This document shows positions 54,282 through 63,614 of a stretch of 64,000 nt of DNA, in pieces. Below the pieces are notes generated by a model. It worked only from the letters and a program-made list of their open reading frames with translations, had not been told where the DNA came from and made no database searches. Source of the DNA: Candidatus Magasanikiibacteriota bacterium (GTDB taxonomy: Bacteria; Patescibacteriota; Patescibacteriia; Magasanikbacterales; GWA2-37-8). The position numbers were made by a program, and so were the translations under genes. Location of the stretch: positions 12,863 through 76,862 of the forward strand of contig JBAYNU010000004.1 of NCBI GenBank assembly GCA_041678665.1, given 5' to 3'. The number at the start of each line of letters is the position of its first letter. The stretch's first letter is position 1.

Positions 54282-55028
54282 ATGGCAAAGACGATTAAAA
54301 AACTCTTGAAAAATTTTTTAGTTCTGGATTTAGACGGAACTTTCGTCCGTTGGAGCCTTTTTCTTTATTTGATCGATGAGCTCGTGTTGATGGGCGTGTT
54401 TAAGCGTTCCATCTATAACGAATTTAGTGATGAGTATCGGGCGTGGGACGGAAGGGAGAGGGATGGGTACTACGAGGCCTATATTAATGCCACTGTGCGG
54501 TCGTTTGCGCCCCATATTAAAGGAGTGTCAAAAAAGATAATGCTTAGAGCGGCCAAGCGAGTGGTAGCTAAGCACGGTCATCAGATTTACGGCTTCACGC
54601 GGGAGCTCGTGGAAAAGGCCCAGCTTCAGGGTCGGGTGGTAATCGCCTTGTCGCAGTCGCCCAGCGAAGTGGTAGGCGAATTTTGCAAGCATTGGGGCAT
54701 TAAGTATTGGTGCGGGACAACTTATCATACCGCGCCTCGTCGAGGTAAAGGTGAGTGTTACACTGGTGTTTGCCAGGTCCCCGACAAAAATCTGGAACTT
54801 AAGGCATTGGTTACTAAATTGCAGCTGACCTACACGCGCTCCATTGGTGTCGGTGACACCTTAGGTGACCGGAGTTTCCTTAAGCTGGTAGAGAAACCTA
54901 TTTGTTACAATCCATCCAGCGCTTTGATGCGTTACGCCCGCCGCAAAGGCTGGCTGCGTGTCTATGAGCGCAAGGATGTGCGTATTATATTTTCTCACAA
55001 GGGAGGGCGAGAAGTTTGCGCTCTTTGA
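54282..55028 (+). CDS. HAD-superfamily (IB, SerB-like) hydrolase
   Basis: LDLDGT motif I, SQSP, K, GDTLGD, NPS; terminator 55040-55068. Confidence 0.85.
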   Translation: MAKTIKKLLKNFLVLDLDGTFVRWSLFLYLIDELVLMGVFKRSIYNEFSDEYRAWDGRERDGYYEAYINATVRSFAPHIKGVSKKIMLRAAKRVVAKHGHQIYGFTRELVEKAQLQGRVVIALSQSPSEVVGEFCKHWGIKYWCGTTYHTAPRRGKGECYTGVCQVPDKNLELKALVTKLQLTYTRSIGVGDTLGDRSFLKLVEKPICYNPSSALMRYARRKGWLRVYERKDVRIIFSHKGGREVCAL

Positions 55029-55080
55029 ATATTTAAACTAAAAGCCGGGATTGGAACCCCGGCTTTTTCATTATTAGAAT

Positions 55081-55425
55081 TTAGGCGTGGGCGATATCAT
55101 CTTTTTTTTGCGCCAATTCCAGCGCTTGTAGATAAAGTCTGGTATTAATGCCTTTATTAGCAACATTGCTATTTTTTATTTCCGCATTAACAATCATTTG
55201 GCGTATTGCTTCTTGGCTGGCACCGATTTTGAGGTATGATTTTATTAAATTAACCATTTTTTCCATTAAAGCGTTTTTTTCCTTGACATAACTTAAGGCA
55301 TCGGGAACTTTGGTGGTATTATTAAAAATATTATTTGCTTCCACAATTAGCTTTCCAAATTTTTCTTGAAATTCACCAATTGTTGGCCTGGGGGTCGATT
55401 CATTAATATTTTGATTAGTAAACAT
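55081..55425 (-). CDS. Hypothetical protein
   Basis: 114-aa helical ORF. Confidence 0.5.
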   Translation of the reverse strand: MFTNQNINESTPRPTIGEFQEKFGKLIVEANNIFNNTTKVPDALSYVKEKNALMEKMVNLIKSYLKIGASQEAIRQMIVNAEIKNSNVANKGINTRLYLQALELAQKKDDIAHA

Positions 55426-55572
55426 AGTAATTATTATTGGTAATAAATTTAATGTTATTTTATCATATTTAATAAGTAAAGTAAATATCGTTTTTAAAGT
55501 TTGGCAATTTATGTTTTTTTTGCTAAGATATCTTTACTTCCCTTCTTATTTTTAAAAAGGTAAATTAATTTT

Positions 55573-56625
55573 ATGCGAGTAAATAGCAAGGATTATCGGA
55601 CAATTTGGATGGAGGGGGGTTCTGTTTTTTTGATTGAACAAAATTTGTTGCCGTTTGAGTTTAAAATTGTAGAATTGAAAACTTGCGTTGAAAGTTGCAA
55701 CGCTATCAAAACCATGCTCGTGCGGGGTGCGATTGCGATTGAAGCGGCGGCCGGGTATGCGATGGCGCAAGCATTTATGGAAGCGCCCAGAGACGATAAA
55801 GGAGAATATGTTGACCGAGCTAAGAAGAATATTGAATCCACCCGGCCTACGGCGCGAAATTTGTTTTATGCGGTGGATAGGGTTTATAACGCGGGTAGAA
55901 AATCTGATAATCCGGTTAGTGCAGTGGTAGCGGCGGTTGGTGAGATGGTGGAAGAAAGCGTGGTCGCCACGCGTCGAATTGGAGAAATTGGGGCGGAATT
56001 GATTAGAGACGGAATGAAAATAGAAACACATTGTAATGCTGGTTGGTTAGCTTGCGTTGATTGGGGCACGGCTCTATCGCCGATGTATATGGCTCACCGG
56101 GCTGGTAAAAAGATTTTTGTTTATGTTGATGAAACTCGTCCGCGCGGACAAGGGGCACGGCTCACTGCTTGGGAGTTAAATAATGAAGGCGTGCCGCATA
56201 AAATTATTCCTGATAACGCCGGCGCGTATTTAATGTCTAAAAACGAAGTGGATTTTATGATAGTGGGCGCGGATCGCATAGCGACCAATGGGGATACGGC
56301 CAACAAAATTGGTACTTTGGAAAAAGCGATTGTGGCTAAAAAATATGGCGTGCCATTTTATATTGCGGCGCCATTATCAACTTTCGATTTAAATTGTAAA
56401 ACCGGGACAGATATTAAAATCGAAGAACGCGGTGAAGACGAGGTATTATATCAAGTTGGTGTAGACGATCAGGGTGCGCTACGAAAAGTTTTGGTATGTT
56501 CACCGGGGTCACGTGCGATTAACCCCGGTTTTGATGTTACTCCGGCGGATCTGATTACTGGTATTATTACGGAAAAGGGGATTGTGAGGGCGAGTAGGGA
56601 AGAAATTAAAAAATTATTTGTTTAG
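55573..56625 (+). CDS. mtnA: S-methyl-5-thioribose-1-phosphate isomerase
   Basis: MLVRGA, TRPTA, THCNAG, VDETRP, GARLTAWEL, GADRIA, NKIGT, FDVTP. Confidence 0.9.
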   Translation: MRVNSKDYRTIWMEGGSVFLIEQNLLPFEFKIVELKTCVESCNAIKTMLVRGAIAIEAAAGYAMAQAFMEAPRDDKGEYVDRAKKNIESTRPTARNLFYAVDRVYNAGRKSDNPVSAVVAAVGEMVEESVVATRRIGEIGAELIRDGMKIETHCNAGWLACVDWGTALSPMYMAHRAGKKIFVYVDETRPRGQGARLTAWELNNEGVPHKIIPDNAGAYLMSKNEVDFMIVGADRIATNGDTANKIGTLEKAIVAKKYGVPFYIAAPLSTFDLNCKTGTDIKIEERGEDEVLYQVGVDDQGALRKVLVCSPGSRAINPGFDVTPADLITGIITEKGIVRASREEIKKLFV

Positions 56626-56661
56626 TTTTTTGGCTTATTTTTATTTCAGGATAGATTCATT

Positions 56662-57243
56662 ATGCATCAATCAGCGGCTAAGTTTAAAACTGAGTTTATT
56701 CATCGAGTAGTGCCAGCGGATATTCGAATAATTGAGTTGCGGTGTTGGGCGCGGATATTTAGCGAAAAGGGCTTAACGCCATTTAAAGATGGATTTTTTT
56801 GTGGTAACTTAAGTTTTCGTTTAAATTCGCGAGAAAACCGTTTCATTATTACCGCTTCGCAGATTGGTATTCAAGAAAATTTACCGGATAGCGGTTTTGT
56901 TTTAGTGGAAAATTGTGATTTTGATAGTGGTGTGGTAAAAGTTATTGGTCTGCGCGATCCTTCTTCTGAGAGTTTTTTACATAGCGCAATTTATTTAGCC
57001 AGGCCGGAAGTGAACTTTATTTTTCATGGGCATAGCAATAAAATATTAGCCAATGTGGACAATTTGAATTTGGTCGTAACTAATACATCGCCACCGTATG
57101 GTACGGTGGCATTCGCTCGGAGTGCTTTGGAGGTGTTGGGGCAGAATAATTTTATTATTATGAGAGATCATGGCTTTGTAGCACTCGGCAAGACAGCCGA
57201 CGAAGCCGGAAAATATGCGATAGAAGTTCTGGAAAGGATATAA
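56662..57243 (+). CDS. Class II aldolase/adducin family protein
   Basis: GNLSFR, IITAS, PSSESFLHSAIY, FHGH, MRDHG. Confidence 0.85.
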   Translation: MHQSAAKFKTEFIHRVVPADIRIIELRCWARIFSEKGLTPFKDGFFCGNLSFRLNSRENRFIITASQIGIQENLPDSGFVLVENCDFDSGVVKVIGLRDPSSESFLHSAIYLARPEVNFIFHGHSNKILANVDNLNLVVTNTSPPYGTVAFARSALEVLGQNNFIIMRDHGFVALGKTADEAGKYAIEVLERI

Positions 57244-57249
57244 TTTTAA

Positions 57250-57290
57250 GATTAAAAAAGAACAGATCACTCGTCTGTTCTTTTTTAATC
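57250..57290. terminator. Bidirectional terminator
   Basis: 17-bp inverted repeat GATTAAAAAAGAACAGA / TCTGTTCTTTTTTAATC. Confidence 0.75.
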
Positions 57291-57293
57291 TGA

Positions 57294-57572
57294 TTAAGCT
57301 TTGAGGGCGTCTTTGAGGGCTTTGCCAGCTTTAAATTTAGGAACTTTAACGGCTGGGATTTGAATTTTTTCGGTGGGATGTTGAGGATTAACGCCCATGC
57401 GCGCCGCGCGGGTTTTGGCAGAGAAAGCGCCGAAGCCAGTAAGTACTACTTCGCCGTTTTTCTTTAATTCTTCAGTTACTACACTAGTGAAGGTATTTAA
57501 CATATCCTCGGCTTCGCGTTTGGAAACGTTAAGCTTGCCAGCCAATACTTCGGCTAATTCAGCTTTGTTCAT
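57294..57572 (-). CDS. hup: DNA-binding protein HU
   Basis: MNKAEL, GFGAF, RAARMGVNP, VPKFKAGKALK. Confidence 0.95.
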   Translation of the reverse strand: MNKAELAEVLAGKLNVSKREAEDMLNTFTSVVTEELKKNGEVVLTGFGAFSAKTRAARMGVNPQHPTEKIQIPAVKVPKFKAGKALKDALKA

Positions 57573-57667
57573 ATCTTCACCCCCTCTCGAAACATTTTTA
57601 TGACCATATATTTGTTAGTGATGGTATTTTACCATTAAAAAAGAATTTTGGCTAATCAAACATTTTT

Positions 57668-57740
57668 AGTTATCAAGTTATAAAGTTGAAAGTTATAAAG
57701 AGTGAGTTGTCGCGACTTTATAACTTGTCACTTTCAAACT
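57668..57740. repeat. AAGTTAT heptamer inverted array after rny
   Basis: AAGTTATAAAGTTGAAAGTTATAAAG ... CTTTATAACTTGTCACTTTCAAACT. Confidence 0.72.
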
Positions 57741-57741
57741 A

Positions 57742-59268
57742 TTACTTGGCGTATTCTACTACGCGGGTTTCGCGGATAACGGTGATGCGGATTTCGCCCG
57801 GATATTGTAATTCTTGTTCTACTTTGCGGGCGATGTCTTTGGCTAATTGGAAAGCGCTGTAATCATCCACTTCGTTGGGTTTAACGAAAATGCGCACTTC
57901 ACGACCAGCTTGAATAGCATAGACTTTTTCGATACCGGCAAAAGATGAAGCGGTTTTTTCCAGCTCTTCCAAACGCGCTACAAATAATTCAAAGGTATCC
58001 TTGCGTGCGCCAAAACGTGCACCCGAAATAGCATCAGCGGCTTTGACAATGCTGGCATAAATATCATAAGGAGTATCTTCATGATGAGTTTTGGCCGATT
58101 GAGCGACATCTTCATCCACGCCGAATTTTTTCAAAATGGCGTAGCCGATTTCTGGGTGTGAACCTTGGGTTTCTTGATCTACGGCTTTGCCGATATCATG
58201 AAAGAATCCACATTTTTTGGCTTTGGCTTCGTTTACGCCTAGTTCGGCGGCAATTAAGGCTGAGAGGTAAGCTACTTCCATGGAATGGTTAACGATATTT
58301 TGTCCGTAAGAAGTGCGATATTTAAGACGGCCGACAATTGAAACTAATTTCGGATCAATGCCGGTAATGCCCATTTTGTAAAGGGCCTCTTCGCCGGCTT
58401 TTTTGATATCTAGCGCCAAGTCTTGTTTGGCTTTTTCTACATATTCTTCAATGCGCGCCGGCTGGATGCGGCCATCAGCCATTAATTTTTCTAAAGCTAA
58501 TTTAGCCACTTGGCGACGAATCGGAGAAAAGCCGGAAACCATAATAGAATCAGGAGTGTCGTCAATAATAATTTCGCAGCCGGTTAATTTTTCAATGGTT
58601 TTGATATTACGACCTTCTTTGCCGATAATGCGTCCTTTCATTTCTTCGCTCGGAATGGAAACATTGGAAGAAGTGGTTTCGGAGGCGTGTGAAGACGCGC
58701 AACGCTGTATGGCGCCGGAAATAATTTCGCGCGCTTTTTCTTCGTATACTTGGTTATCTTCTTTTTGTAATTTCATGATACGCCCAGCCAAATCGGCCTT
58801 GCTTTCCTCTTCCACTTTTTGTAAAAGCTGTTCCTTGGCTTCTTCTTTGGTAAGCGAGGCGATACTTTGCAGAGTAACAATTTCTTGAGCGCGTAATTTT
58901 TCAATTTCAGTTTTAATTTGATTGACTCGGTCCACTTTTTCTTGCAGTTTAGTTTGATTATTTTGAAATTCCAAAAGTTTTTGATCAAACATGTTTTCGC
59001 GCTTTTCCAAACGCGCTTTGATTTCGCGTAATTCCTGGCGCATTTGTTGATCTTCTTTTTTGGCGGCATCAATTAATTTGTCGGCTTTTTCTTGGCCTTG
59101 AGACACTAATTCTTGTTGTTTGGTTTTGGCATCCAATAATAATTTTTCCGCTCTGGCTTCGGCGCTGTTGGCTTGAGCCGCGCCGACTTGTTTGCGAATG
59201 AAATAACCAATGCCAAAACCGATTACAGCCGTTCCGACAATTAAGGCTATCCAAATAAATGTAGGCAT
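57742..59268 (-). CDS. rny: Ribonuclease Y
   Basis: N-terminal TM, coiled coil, KH (KGRIIGKEGRNI), HD (FHDIGK), YPGEIRITVIRE. Confidence 0.97.
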   Translation of the reverse strand: MPTFIWIALIVGTAVIGFGIGYFIRKQVGAAQANSAEARAEKLLLDAKTKQQELVSQGQEKADKLIDAAKKEDQQMRQELREIKARLEKRENMFDQKLLEFQNNQTKLQEKVDRVNQIKTEIEKLRAQEIVTLQSIASLTKEEAKEQLLQKVEEESKADLAGRIMKLQKEDNQVYEEKAREIISGAIQRCASSHASETTSSNVSIPSEEMKGRIIGKEGRNIKTIEKLTGCEIIIDDTPDSIMVSGFSPIRRQVAKLALEKLMADGRIQPARIEEYVEKAKQDLALDIKKAGEEALYKMGITGIDPKLVSIVGRLKYRTSYGQNIVNHSMEVAYLSALIAAELGVNEAKAKKCGFFHDIGKAVDQETQGSHPEIGYAILKKFGVDEDVAQSAKTHHEDTPYDIYASIVKAADAISGARFGARKDTFELFVARLEELEKTASSFAGIEKVYAIQAGREVRIFVKPNEVDDYSAFQLAKDIARKVEQELQYPGEIRITVIRETRVVEYAK

Positions 59269-59285
59269 ACAAAAATAATCTTCGG

Positions 59286-59473
59286 AGTTCGAAAATGTAG
59301 TGGTTTAGAAGAAATTTGTTTATGCTAAAATGCCCGAAACAAAAATTGGCTTATTTAAAGCATTTAAAGAAGTTCCAATTTTGATTAAGCAATTTAAAGA
59401 CATAAGTTGGATTGCCGAAATCGGAATTTTGGCTAATCTTATATATTCTTCCATTTCCATCACATCCAGAACC
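59286..59473 (-). ncRNA. Candidate 6S-like rod-shaped RNA upstream of rny
   Basis: Promoter TTGACA-17-TATGAT (59495-59523); 5' and 3' ends pair in successive helices around an A/U-rich internal loop; ~190 nt. Confidence 0.55.
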
Positions 59474-59605
59474 TAATTAATAAATTATGGAAGTATCATA
59501 GCACAAAATCAGAGTTTTGTCAATGCCTAATGTTTAATGGGTTTTTTGATAATTTTGTATATGTGTCATGTAGTTGACGGAAAAGGAAAAATGAAGTACA
59601 ATATG

Positions 59606-59675
59606 TACGAACTACTAAAATTACGAAATTATAAAATATAATTCGTTTCGTATTTTCGTGGTCTTTCGTATTTTG
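59606..59675. repeat. ACGAAA/TTCGT 9-mer inverted array in infB 5' leader
   Basis: TACGAACTACTAAAATTACGAAA ... TTCGTTTCGTATTTTCGTGGTCTTTCGTA; promoter TTGACG-17-TACAAT at 59574-59602. Confidence 0.62.
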
Positions 59676-59687
59676 CACATCATATAT

Positions 59688-61706
59688 ATGAATGTCTCCG
59701 AACTTGCACGTCAACTTCATGTTCATCCGCAAAAACTTCTGCAAATATTGCCCGAGTTTGGTTTTGACGTTGGTTTAAAAGCGGTTAAGATTGATGACCG
59801 GGTGGCGCAACAAATTCAAAAAGCTTGGCGACGAATTAAGTTTGTTTTGGAAGAGCGAGAGCGTACAGAGTTAGAAAAACAAAAAGAGCTAGAAAAAGCG
59901 GCCCGCAAGGAAAGTGGTGTTACTGTCGCTATTCCCACTAAACTCACTGTCAAAGAATTAGCCGAGCGTCTTAATGTGCCGGTAAATAAATTAATTGTGG
60001 AGTTGATGAAAAATGGAATACTGGCGGCTCAGAACGAAAATATTGACCACGATACCGCTATGATTGTGGCACAGGAGATGGGATATGTTGTTACCGAGGA
60101 GCAACGCGAAGTAAAAGATGAAAGTAGCGGTGAACATGTTCAACAATTGGAAAAAATTCTTGCCGAAGAAAACACCACTCCCAGGCCACCGGTAATTGTG
60201 GTGATGGGTCATGTGGATCATGGCAAAACCAAACTACTTGACGCGATTCGTGAAACTAACGTGGTGGCTACCGAGGCTGGTGGTATCACTCAGCACATCG
60301 GCGCTTACCAAGTTATTTGGACCGATCCTAAAACCAAACAAAAGAAGCCTTTAACTTTTATTGATACCCCCGGACACGAGGCCTTTACGGTGATGCGTAG
60401 TCGTGGTGCCAAGGTGGCGGATATTGCTATTTTGGTAGTGGCGGCCGATGATGGTGTAAAACCACAAACCATTGAAGTAATAAATATTATTAAAGCCGCT
60501 AAATTACCGGTAGTGGTGGCGATAAACAAAATTGACAAAACTGGAGCCGATCCGCAAAAGGCGCGCAATGATTTGTCGCTTCATGGCATTGTAGCGGACG
60601 ATTGGGGCGGGGAAGTTCCGGTAGTAGAGATTTCTGCCAAGCAAAAATTAAATATTGATAAATTACTAGATACTTTGATGCTTGTGGGCGATATGAATGA
60701 AGCGACCATCCGCGCTAATCCAAAAAGACCGGCCGCTGGCACAGTAATTGAGGCGCGAGTGAGCAAAGGTGAAGGGCCGATAGCCACAATTTTGGTGCAA
60801 GCCGGTACTTTACGAGTAAATGATCCCTTGGTTATTAATGGAGAAATTTATGGAAAGGTGCGCGCGATGAAAAATTATCGTGGTGAAAGTTTAACCGAAG
60901 CGCCACCATCCACCCCCGTTCGTATTTTGGGTTTTAAAATGGCTCCGCAGGTGGGTGACGTATTGGACGTAGGGCGGGCCGAGGGCGCGCAGAAGATTGA
61001 TTTAAAATCAAAGCAAACCCAACAGTCTGGCGCTGAACAGCATGTGATTGTTAAAACCGATAACCCCGATGATGAAAATAAGAAAGCATACAATATTATT
61101 GTGAAAGCCGATGTGCTTGGATCTTTGGAAGCGATTATTGGGTCGGTGGAAAAGTTAAAAAATGAAGAAGTGAGCGTAAAGATTGCCGGTAAGGGTTTGG
61201 GTAATATTACCGTCGACGATGTGGGTAAAGCGCAGGCTTCGGGAGCCGTAATTTATGGTTTTAATGTATTTGCTACACCAGTTGCCAACGAAATGATGCA
61301 AAAAAATAATATTTCTTTTCGTCAATTCAAAATTATCTACGACATGTTTGATGATATCAAAGCGGAATTGCAGAAACTTTTGAATCCGGAATTTATCGTT
61401 ACCGAGTTGGGCAATTTTAAAGTATTAAAAATTTTTCGCACCGATAAGGGCGCGCAGGTTTTGGGTGGTCGTGTGGAAATGGGCAAACTTATTGCCGGTT
61501 GCAAGGTGCGTATAAAGCGTGACGGTGAAATAATTGGCGTCGGCAAGCTTACCCGGCTTCAAACCAATAAGCAAAATATGAATGAAATTCCTTCCGGTAC
61601 CGAATGTGGTGTGCAATATGAAAGTAAGTTGCGAGTAGAAGAAGATGATGTTTTGGAAGCTTATACCGAGACGACCAAGACGAAGAAATTGGTGTTGGAG
61701 AAATAA
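59688..61706 (+). CDS. infB: Translation initiation factor IF-2
   Basis: [32 protein letters not shown]; start set at MNVSEL. Confidence 0.97.
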   Translation: MNVSELARQLHVHPQKLLQILPEFGFDVGLKAVKIDDRVAQQIQKAWRRIKFVLEERERTELEKQKELEKAARKESGVTVAIPTKLTVKELAERLNVPVNKLIVELMKNGILAAQNENIDHDTAMIVAQEMGYVVTEEQREVKDESSGEHVQQLEKILAEENTTPRPPVIVVMGHVDHGKTKLLDAIRETNVVATEAGGITQHIGAYQVIWTDPKTKQKKPLTFIDTPGHEAFTVMRSRGAKVADIAILVVAADDGVKPQTIEVINIIKAAKLPVVVAINKIDKTGADPQKARNDLSLHGIVADDWGGEVPVVEISAKQKLNIDKLLDTLMLVGDMNEATIRANPKRPAAGTVIEARVSKGEGPIATILVQAGTLRVNDPLVINGEIYGKVRAMKNYRGESLTEAPPSTPVRILGFKMAPQVGDVLDVGRAEGAQKIDLKSKQTQQSGAEQHVIVKTDNPDDENKKAYNIIVKADVLGSLEAIIGSVEKLKNEEVSVKIAGKGLGNITVDDVGKAQASGAVIYGFNVFATPVANEMMQKNNISFRQFKIIYDMFDDIKAELQKLLNPEFIVTELGNFKVLKIFRTDKGAQVLGGRVEMGKLIAGCKVRIKRDGEIIGVGKLTRLQTNKQNMNEIPSGTECGVQYESKLRVEEDDVLEAYTETTKTKKLVLEK

Positions 61707-61715
61707 CTTTTTAAC

Positions 61716-61800
61716 TGTCATTCTGAGCCCCGACGTTAAGTCGGGACGAAGAATCCCTTAAAGATTGACGAGAGGGATCCTTTGCTTTATTAGGATGACA
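61716..61800. repeat. TGTCAT-family element between infB and proS
   Basis: TGTCATTCTGAGC..CGAAGAATCCC...GGGATCCTTTGC..TAGGATGACA with nested CCCGAC-GTTAA-GTCGGG. Confidence 0.87.
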
Positions 61801-61809
61801 ATTAAATAT

Positions 61810-63039
61810 ATGTATCAATCAAAATTATTCACTAAAACTTTGCGTGAAGCGCCCAAAGACGAGGTGTCTTTGAACGCCCAGCTTTTGATCCGTGCTGGAT
61901 TTATAGACAAACTCATGGCCGGGGTATATACTTTTTTGCCATTAGGGTTGCGTACTTTAAATAAAATACAAAATATTATTCGTGAAGAAATTAACGCTGT
62001 GGGTGGACAAGAAGTTTTGATGCCGGCGCTTAATCCCAAAGAAAATTGGGAGAAAACCGGACGCTGGAGCGGTTTGGATGTGCTTTTTAAATTGGAAGGT
62101 GCGGGTGACAAAGAATATGCTTTGGGTGCTAGTCACGAAGAGGTGGTTACACCGCTGGTGCAAAAATTTGCTGTTTCGCACAAAGATTTGCCGTGCGCGG
62201 TTTATCAGATTCAAAATAAATTTCGCAATGAACCGCGCGCCAAAGCCGGATTATTGCGCGGGCGAGAATTCAGCATGAAGGATTTATATTCTTTTCATAA
62301 AGATGAAAAAGATTTGGATGGATATTACGAAAAAGTAAAGGCGGCTTATTTTAAAATTTATGAACGTGTAGGCCTGGGAGCTATTACTCACTTGGTGTTT
62401 TCTTCGGGCGGTACTTTTTCCAAATATAGTCATGAGTTCCAAACTATTACTAAGTATGGTGAGGATACTGTATATATATGTGAGAAATGCGGAGTAGGAG
62501 TGAATAAAGAAATTATTGCCGAACAAATTATCTGTCCGGAGTGTGGCGGTAAAGATTTAAAAGAAGAAAAAGCGATTGAAGTAGGAAATATTTTTAAATT
62601 GATGACCAAATATTCAGCAGCTTTTGATTATAATTATATTGCCGAAGATGGCAGTAAAAAACCGGTGATGATGGGGTGCTACGGTATCGGACCGAGCCGT
62701 GTAATGGGTACAATTGCTGAGGTTTTACATGACGAAAATGGTATTATTTGGCCACAGTCAGTAGCGCCGTTTAACGTTCATTTGGTATCTTTTGGTAAAA
62801 ATGGCGACGAGGTTGCCAAAACTGCCGATAAGTTGTATAATGATCTCACTAAACGCGGTGTAGAGGTTTTGTATGATGATCGTGACATTGGTGCTGGTGC
62901 TAAATTTGCCGATGCGGATCTGATCGGAATACCCAAAAGAATTGTAGTGAGCAAAAAAACCTTGGAACAAAATTCAGTAGAAGTGAAGATGAGAAATGAA
63001 AAAGAAAACAAATTAGTAAATATTAATAAATTATTTTAA
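61810..63039 (+). CDS. proS: Prolyl-tRNA synthetase (short form)
   Basis: LLIRAGFI, SHEE, KFRNEPR, REFSMKDLYSF, EVGNIF, MGCYGIG; start set at MYQSKLF. Confidence 0.95.
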   Translation: MYQSKLFTKTLREAPKDEVSLNAQLLIRAGFIDKLMAGVYTFLPLGLRTLNKIQNIIREEINAVGGQEVLMPALNPKENWEKTGRWSGLDVLFKLEGAGDKEYALGASHEEVVTPLVQKFAVSHKDLPCAVYQIQNKFRNEPRAKAGLLRGREFSMKDLYSFHKDEKDLDGYYEKVKAAYFKIYERVGLGAITHLVFSSGGTFSKYSHEFQTITKYGEDTVYICEKCGVGVNKEIIAEQIICPECGGKDLKEEKAIEVGNIFKLMTKYSAAFDYNYIAEDGSKKPVMMGCYGIGPSRVMGTIAEVLHDENGIIWPQSVAPFNVHLVSFGKNGDEVAKTADKLYNDLTKRGVEVLYDDRDIGAGAKFADADLIGIPKRIVVSKKTLEQNSVEVKMRNEKENKLVNINKLF

Positions 63040-63045
63040 TAATGT

Positions 63046-63150
63046 ATGAACTCAGCCTTAAGAGCCCGCATGGAACATGCGAAGAAGAATACCAAGAAGG
63101 GAAAAAGTTTAACTGTTAAGAAGCGTAAGATGTGCAAACAGCGCACATAA
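63046..63150 (+). CDS. Small highly basic protein (34 aa), not in ORF track
   Basis: MNSALRARMEHAKKNTKKGKSLTVKKRKMCKQRT fills most of the proS-trxA gap. Confidence 0.5.
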   Translation: MNSALRARMEHAKKNTKKGKSLTVKKRKMCKQRT

Positions 63151-63177
63151 TTTTTTCGTTTAATTTTTTTAGATTTT

Positions 63178-63507
63178 ATGTCGGAATATACTTTCACCGA
63201 TGCCAATTTTAAACAGGAAGTTGTAGAATCTGCCACGCCAGTGTTTGTGGATTTTTGGGCGCCATGGTGTGGGCCGTGCCAGATGATGGGTCCGATTGTG
63301 GAGGAATTGGCTCACGAATATGAAGGAAAAAATATTAAAATTGGCAAATGTAACGTAGATGAAAATAGTGAAGTTGCTGGACAGTATAATGTTATGAGCA
63401 TCCCGGCCTTTAAGGTATTTAAAGCCGGACAGATTGTGGATGAAATTACCGGCGGGGTACAAAAAGAAAAATTAAAAGAAATGATTGATAAGTATTCTGT
63501 CAGCTAG
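63178..63507 (+). CDS. trxA: Thioredoxin
   Basis: DFWAPWCGPC, VMSIP; terminator 63530-63555. Confidence 0.96.
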   Translation: MSEYTFTDANFKQEVVESATPVFVDFWAPWCGPCQMMGPIVEELAHEYEGKNIKIGKCNVDENSEVAGQYNVMSIPAFKVFKAGQIVDEITGGVQKEKLKEMIDKYSVS

Positions 63508-63614
63508 TGAGCAGATAAACTAAAATAAGAAAACGTCCGATAGTGGGCGTTTTTTGTTTGACGCTTGCTTGGCATCGGTATATAATATCTTTAGTTTATT
63601 TTAATGATAATTAT

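Noticed and set aside
58403-58888. 161-aa ORF antisense to rny (and similar short shadow ORFs in the track)
   Set aside because: Fully overlap well-supported genes and show no independent signals.
61765-61809. Longer proS start (MTRGILCFIRMT)
   Set aside because: Derived from the TGTCAT element; ProS homology starts at 61810.
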